A stretch of 32,318 bases of DNA from a bacterium (GTDB taxonomy: Bacteria; Krumholzibacteriota; Krumholzibacteriia; G020349025). The notes under the pieces are model-generated. The model was not told where the DNA came from, made no database searches, and saw only the letters and a list, made by a program, of their open reading frames with translations. The stretch lies in contig JANLSU010000125.1 of assembly GCA_031362565.1 (NCBI GenBank), forward strand, positions 1 to 32,318, written 5' to 3'. The position numbers were made by a program, and so were the translations under genes. Positions 26,557 through 32,318 of this stretch are shown here, piece by piece. Position 1 is the stretch's first letter. Each line of letters begins with the position of its first letter.

Positions 26557-27996
26557 ATGCGCGATCCAGGGTCCAAGAGCACCGCCGACACGGCGCGCCT
26601 CGCACGCCGCGTCGGGCTCGATCTGCGGCGCCATTGCCGCGTCGCGCGCGGCGAACGCCTGCTCGTTGCCGTCTCGGGCGGCAGCGACTCGGTCGCGCTC
26701 CTGTCGCTGCTCACGGATTTGGCGCCGCGGCTCGGGCTCGGGCTCGAAGTTGCGCATTTCGATCATGCACTCCGCGCCGAATCGGCCGCCGATGCGCAAT
26801 GGGTCGAGGAACTCGCACGCATGCACGGACTCGCATCACATGTCGAGCGGTGGAGTCTGCCGCTCCCCGGCGAAGCCGCCGCGCGCCAGGCGCGTTACGA
26901 ATTTCTGGAGCGCACGGCGCGCACCCACGACTGCAACGCCATCGCGCTCGGACATCATCTCGACGATCAGATGGAAACGATTTTGATGCGCCTCGGGCGT
27001 GGCGTCGGGTTGCGCGGCGCGCTTGGGATGGCATGGCGGCGCGACGGCGCAGTGCCGCTCGTGCGGCCGCTGCTCGAAGTGCGGCGCGATGTGTTGCGCG
27101 CTTACCTCGCGGCGCGCGACACGCCGTGGCGCGAAGACTCCACCAATCGCGACCGCGCGCAAACTCGCAATCGCATCCGCCACGAACTCGTCCCGGCGTT
27201 GGATGCCACACTCGGCCCGCAGTGGCGCACCCACTGGCAGGCGACGTGGCAGGACTTGCGCGACACGTTCGAATGGCTGGACGCGATGGCCGCCGAACTC
27301 TTGACGCGCGCCGCGGCGGCCGGTCAATCGGCGATCACGAGTTCGCCGCCGGCCGCGCCGATGTCACGCCTGCATCTCGAAAGCCTTCGCACCGCGCCCG
27401 GACCCGTTGCACGCCTCGCATTGCAGCGCTGGCTGGATGTCGTACCCGACGGCATCGCGCGCGCCCACTTAGACGACGCACTCCGTCTCATTCGTTCCCG
27501 CCAAAGCAGCCGCAGGCTCGAACTGCCCGGTGGCTGGCGCTTGGTGTGGGATCAGGAATGGCTCTGGCGCCATGCGCCGGACCACGTCGAGCCGGTGATC
27601 GCGCCGCGCCCGAGCCTCGGCATCGAGACCCTGACGCCGGACGATGCGCGGCGTGCCCTGCAGGTCCCGCCCGCCGCGACCCCGGACAACATTGCGATTC
27701 TCAATGCCGATGCCCTCGTGCCACCGCTCCAGGTCCGCTCACGGCTTGCCGGCGACCGGATGCGCCTCCTGGGCAGCCCGGGGCATCGGTCGGTGGCGCG
27801 CATTTTTCAGGATCATCGGCTCCCAGCGCGGCTCCGCGCCGCATATCCGGTGGTCGCCGACGCTGTGGGCGTGGTTTGGATTCCGGGCGTTGGCGTGGCT
27901 GAGAGGGCCCGCATTGGCGACGACACCCGATCAGCCGTCCGCGTCCGCCTGGAAGGGCCGTCTGTGGGGTTGCCGGAATCAGGTCCAGCGACCTAA
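26557..27996 (+). CDS. tilS: tRNA(Ile)-lysidine synthetase
   Basis: PP-loop VAVSGGSDS, HFDHALR, ARQARY, GHHLDDQMET, RPLL, EDSTN..RNRIR and C-terminal TilS domain; tilS-hpt-ftsH synteny. Confidence 0.95.
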   Translation: MRDPGSKSTADTARLARRVGLDLRRHCRVARGERLLVAVSGGSDSVALLSLLTDLAPRLGLGLEVAHFDHALRAESAADAQWVEELARMHGLASHVERWSLPLPGEAAARQARYEFLERTARTHDCNAIALGHHLDDQMETILMRLGRGVGLRGALGMAWRRDGAVPLVRPLLEVRRDVLRAYLAARDTPWREDSTNRDRAQTRNRIRHELVPALDATLGPQWRTHWQATWQDLRDTFEWLDAMAAELLTRAAAAGQSAITSSPPAAPMSRLHLESLRTAPGPVARLALQRWLDVVPDGIARAHLDDALRLIRSRQSSRRLELPGGWRLVWDQEWLWRHAPDHVEPVIAPRPSLGIETLTPDDARRALQVPPAATPDNIAILNADALVPPLQVRSRLAGDRMRLLGSPGHRSVARIFQDHRLPARLRAAYPVVADAVGVVWIPGVGVAERARIGDDTRSAVRVRLEGPSVGLPESGPAT

Positions 27997-28141
27997 GTTG
28001 GAGAGACTTGCGCGCCCCAGGGGCGTGCTAGAATGACGAGAGCCGGGAGGCGCCAGCGCCACCGCTTTCGACCGCGCGCGCCGGGACACGATCCCACCGA
28101 ACCGGGACCCGTCGCTCTCCACATCGTGGAAGGTTTTCCGA

Positions 28142-28708
28142 GTGCCCACAGAGGATACCTTGCGCTCCATCCCAGCGTACGAGCTGGATGTGCCGATGAA
28201 GTCGATTCTCATCGGCCCGGACGAGCTGTCGGCGCGCGTTCGGGTCATGGGCCGCGAGATTTCCGACCACTATCGCGGCAGCGTGCCGCTGCTCATCAGC
28301 GTGCTGAAGGGCGGCGTTGTCTTCCTGACGGATCTCATGCGGGCGATCACGATTCCGCACCACATCGATTTCCTGCAGGTGTCGAGCTACGAAGGCGGCA
28401 CGAAGACAACCGGCACCGTGCGAATCATGAGCGACTTGGGCGAGAACATCGCGGGACGCGACGTCCTGGTCGTGGAAGACATCGTCGACACCGGGCTGAC
28501 ACTCACGTATCTGCTGAAGCAACTGGAGATTCGCGGTCCCAAGAGCTTGCGGGTCTGTGCCTTGCTCAGCAAATCCGACGCGCGCCGGGTGGAAGTGCCG
28601 GTGGCCTACTTGGGGTTCGAGATTCCGGATGTTTTCGTCGTCGGCTACGGCCTGGACTACCAGGAGAAGTACCGCAACTTGCCGTACATCGGGGTTCTGG
28701 ACCTCTAG
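28142..28708 (+). CDS. hpt: Hypoxanthine phosphoribosyltransferase
   Basis: VLKGG, VSSY, PRPP motif VLVVEDIVDTGLT, FVVGYGLDY..YRNLPYIG. Alternative ATG start at 28196. Confidence 0.96.
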   Translation: MPTEDTLRSIPAYELDVPMKSILIGPDELSARVRVMGREISDHYRGSVPLLISVLKGGVVFLTDLMRAITIPHHIDFLQVSSYEGGTKTTGTVRIMSDLGENIAGRDVLVVEDIVDTGLTLTYLLKQLEIRGPKSLRVCALLSKSDARRVEVPVAYLGFEIPDVFVVGYGLDYQEKYRNLPYIGVLDL

Positions 28709-28784
28709 ACCCAAACTGGCGGCAGCGCGTGTCAGGGCGAACCGGCTCCGAACCGCGAACCGTTTCTGAAGAGAGCAGGCGATC

Positions 28785-30869
<2,085 letters not shown>

Positions 30870-30992
30870 AGCCGCAGGTCTTACCGTCCAAATTGCCTCT
30901 GCCGCGACAGCGCGTGGCTTGAGCGCTCCGCCGGAGTGCGCGTCAGGACGCGCATTGAAAGACATTGCCTTCCACCGAACGCGGGACCAGAT

Positions 30993-31739
30993 TCAGCGCC
31001 AATGCCGCGCTGGATCGTCGTGCAGCACCGCGTTTACGGTGCCGACCAGCCGCTCGAGTTCGACCCCAGCGCGCAGCTGGACGCGAATCGCACTCTTCAC
31101 CATGGCCATGAGAACGCCGGCCGGCACGCCGTGGCCGGTGACATCGGCGATGAACACCGCATCGCGATCTGCACCGTCGACCGCGTCCAGCAAATCGCCG
31201 CCGACTTCGGTCGTGGGATCCGAGCGGCCACGGATCTCGATGCGCGGTGTCGAGCGGCCGATGGGCGGCACAAGGCTCTCGTGAATATCCTTCGCCAAGC
31301 GCATCTCGGCACTCATGCGCATCGAGCGCGTCGCTTCGGTCGAGATGAAATGAATGAACGCGACGTAACTGGCGATGATGATCCCGAGGCTGATGAAGTA
31401 ACACAGGAGGCGGTGCGGATCGGGTTCGCGGACCCAGAACGAGGCGCCGAGGAGCCGCGGCATGAGAAATGACGCCGGTACGACGAACGGCAGCACCCGG
31501 CGGTCGTGCGTGAATCCGTAGGCCCAGCCGGCCGCCACCAGCCCCGTCCAAAGACCCCACACAATGGTCGTCGGCCAGGGCGCCGGCCGCACTGCCGCCA
31601 TCTCGAACAAAATTCCCGTCAACGAAAAAAGCGTCACGACGGCGGCAAAGAACTGCCAGGCGGCTTTGCGTCCGATGTGGTCGGTCCAAAACGACGAGGT
31701 GGCGGCGCCGCGACGCTGGAATGCCCCGTGTCTCGCCAT
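30993..31739 (-). pseudogene. Membrane-anchored SpoIIE/RsbU-type PP2C phosphatase, C-terminally truncated
   Basis: TM region, then EMRLAKDIHESL, EVGGD and IADVTGHGVPAG; stops shortly after VNAVLHD, lacking the later TDG and DD motifs. Confidence 0.7.
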
Positions 31740-31741
31740 GC

Positions 31742-32050
31742 TCAGGCCGGTCCCGAGGCGTCGGTGGATTCCGGCACCGCCGCGGGTGCCGCCGACTTCA
31801 GTTCCTCGACGTAGTTCATGCGCAAATCGTACAGCAGCCGTGAAATGGCCCGCGCTTCCTCCTCATGCAGATTGCCGCGGGTCTTTTCCTCCAACACCCC
31901 CAGCAGGTCGATCGTTTCCTTCGCCTGCTCGATGTTGCGCTCGATCTTCCCCGTCATCGGATTCGTAATCTTGCCCAGCTGCATCCAAGCCGACATCTGC
32001 AAACTAGCAACCAACCCCAAAAACAAATCACTCGCCTTCTCGCCGTTCAT
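31742..32050 (-). CDS. DUF1844 family protein
   Basis: AGGAGG RBS; LGKITNPMTGK..NIEQAKETIDLLGVLEEKTRGNL..EE..LLYDLRMNYV. Confidence 0.88.
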   Translation of the reverse strand: MNGEKASDLFLGLVASLQMSAWMQLGKITNPMTGKIERNIEQAKETIDLLGVLEEKTRGNLHEEEARAISRLLYDLRMNYVEELKSAAPAAVPESTDASGPA

Positions 32051-32175
32051 GCTTTCCTCCTGACTTGGGTAGACGCATTGTTGGACACCCCGTGTGCGCC
32101 CAGCAAGGGGGCCTCATCCGGCTCCGTTTCCGGTTCCGGTTCCGCTTTCCGATTCCGATATCCGATTAGACGCAC

Positions 32176-32299
32176 GTCTTCGGGGGTGTGGGACCCCCCG
32201 CCCGCGAGTTAACGGGGACGCGCCGCTAATATTGCGCGCGCAGCGCGCGGCGCGGTCCCGTATGTGTGTGTCGGCGGGGGGTGGCACGCCCCCGAAGAC
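32176..32299. repeat. 124-nt nested inverted repeat forming a long rod-like hairpin
   Basis: 32176-32190 pairs with 32285-32299, 32193-32202 with 32273-32282, and 32213-32226 approximately with 32247-32260. Confidence 0.65.
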
Positions 32300-32318
32300 C
32301 CCCCCCCCCGAGGGTGGG

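Overview
GC-rich bacterial chromosomal window. A C-terminal 'AFPNPFNPSTTI...KLVLVK' sorting domain suggests an FCB-group candidate phylum (inference). Housekeeping blocks are an S9 peptidase, PuuD-like protein, yqgE/algH, a short sucA, and tRNA(CAU)-tilS-hpt-ftsH. Three accessory modules stand out. (1) A small secreted protein gene sits directly upstream of a TPR-sensor sigma54 activator, a candidate peptide-signalling pair. (2) A leftward cluster encodes two exported TPR proteins, a D-to-E pseudo-receiver, a 1222-aa membrane-anchored HEAT protein, a processive GT2 synthase and a beta-repeat lipoprotein; each of its three units is preceded by a sigma54-like -24/-12 box (candidate exopolysaccharide system). 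(3) A decaying patch of small genes (about 21-24 kb) contains a strong sigma70 promoter, a ~60-nt two-hairpin RNA ending in a terminator, and a frameshifted NYN/PIN ribonuclease gene; this layout resembles an RNA-antitoxin (type III-like) toxin-antitoxin module. All family assignments come from motif recognition by eye; no searches were run.
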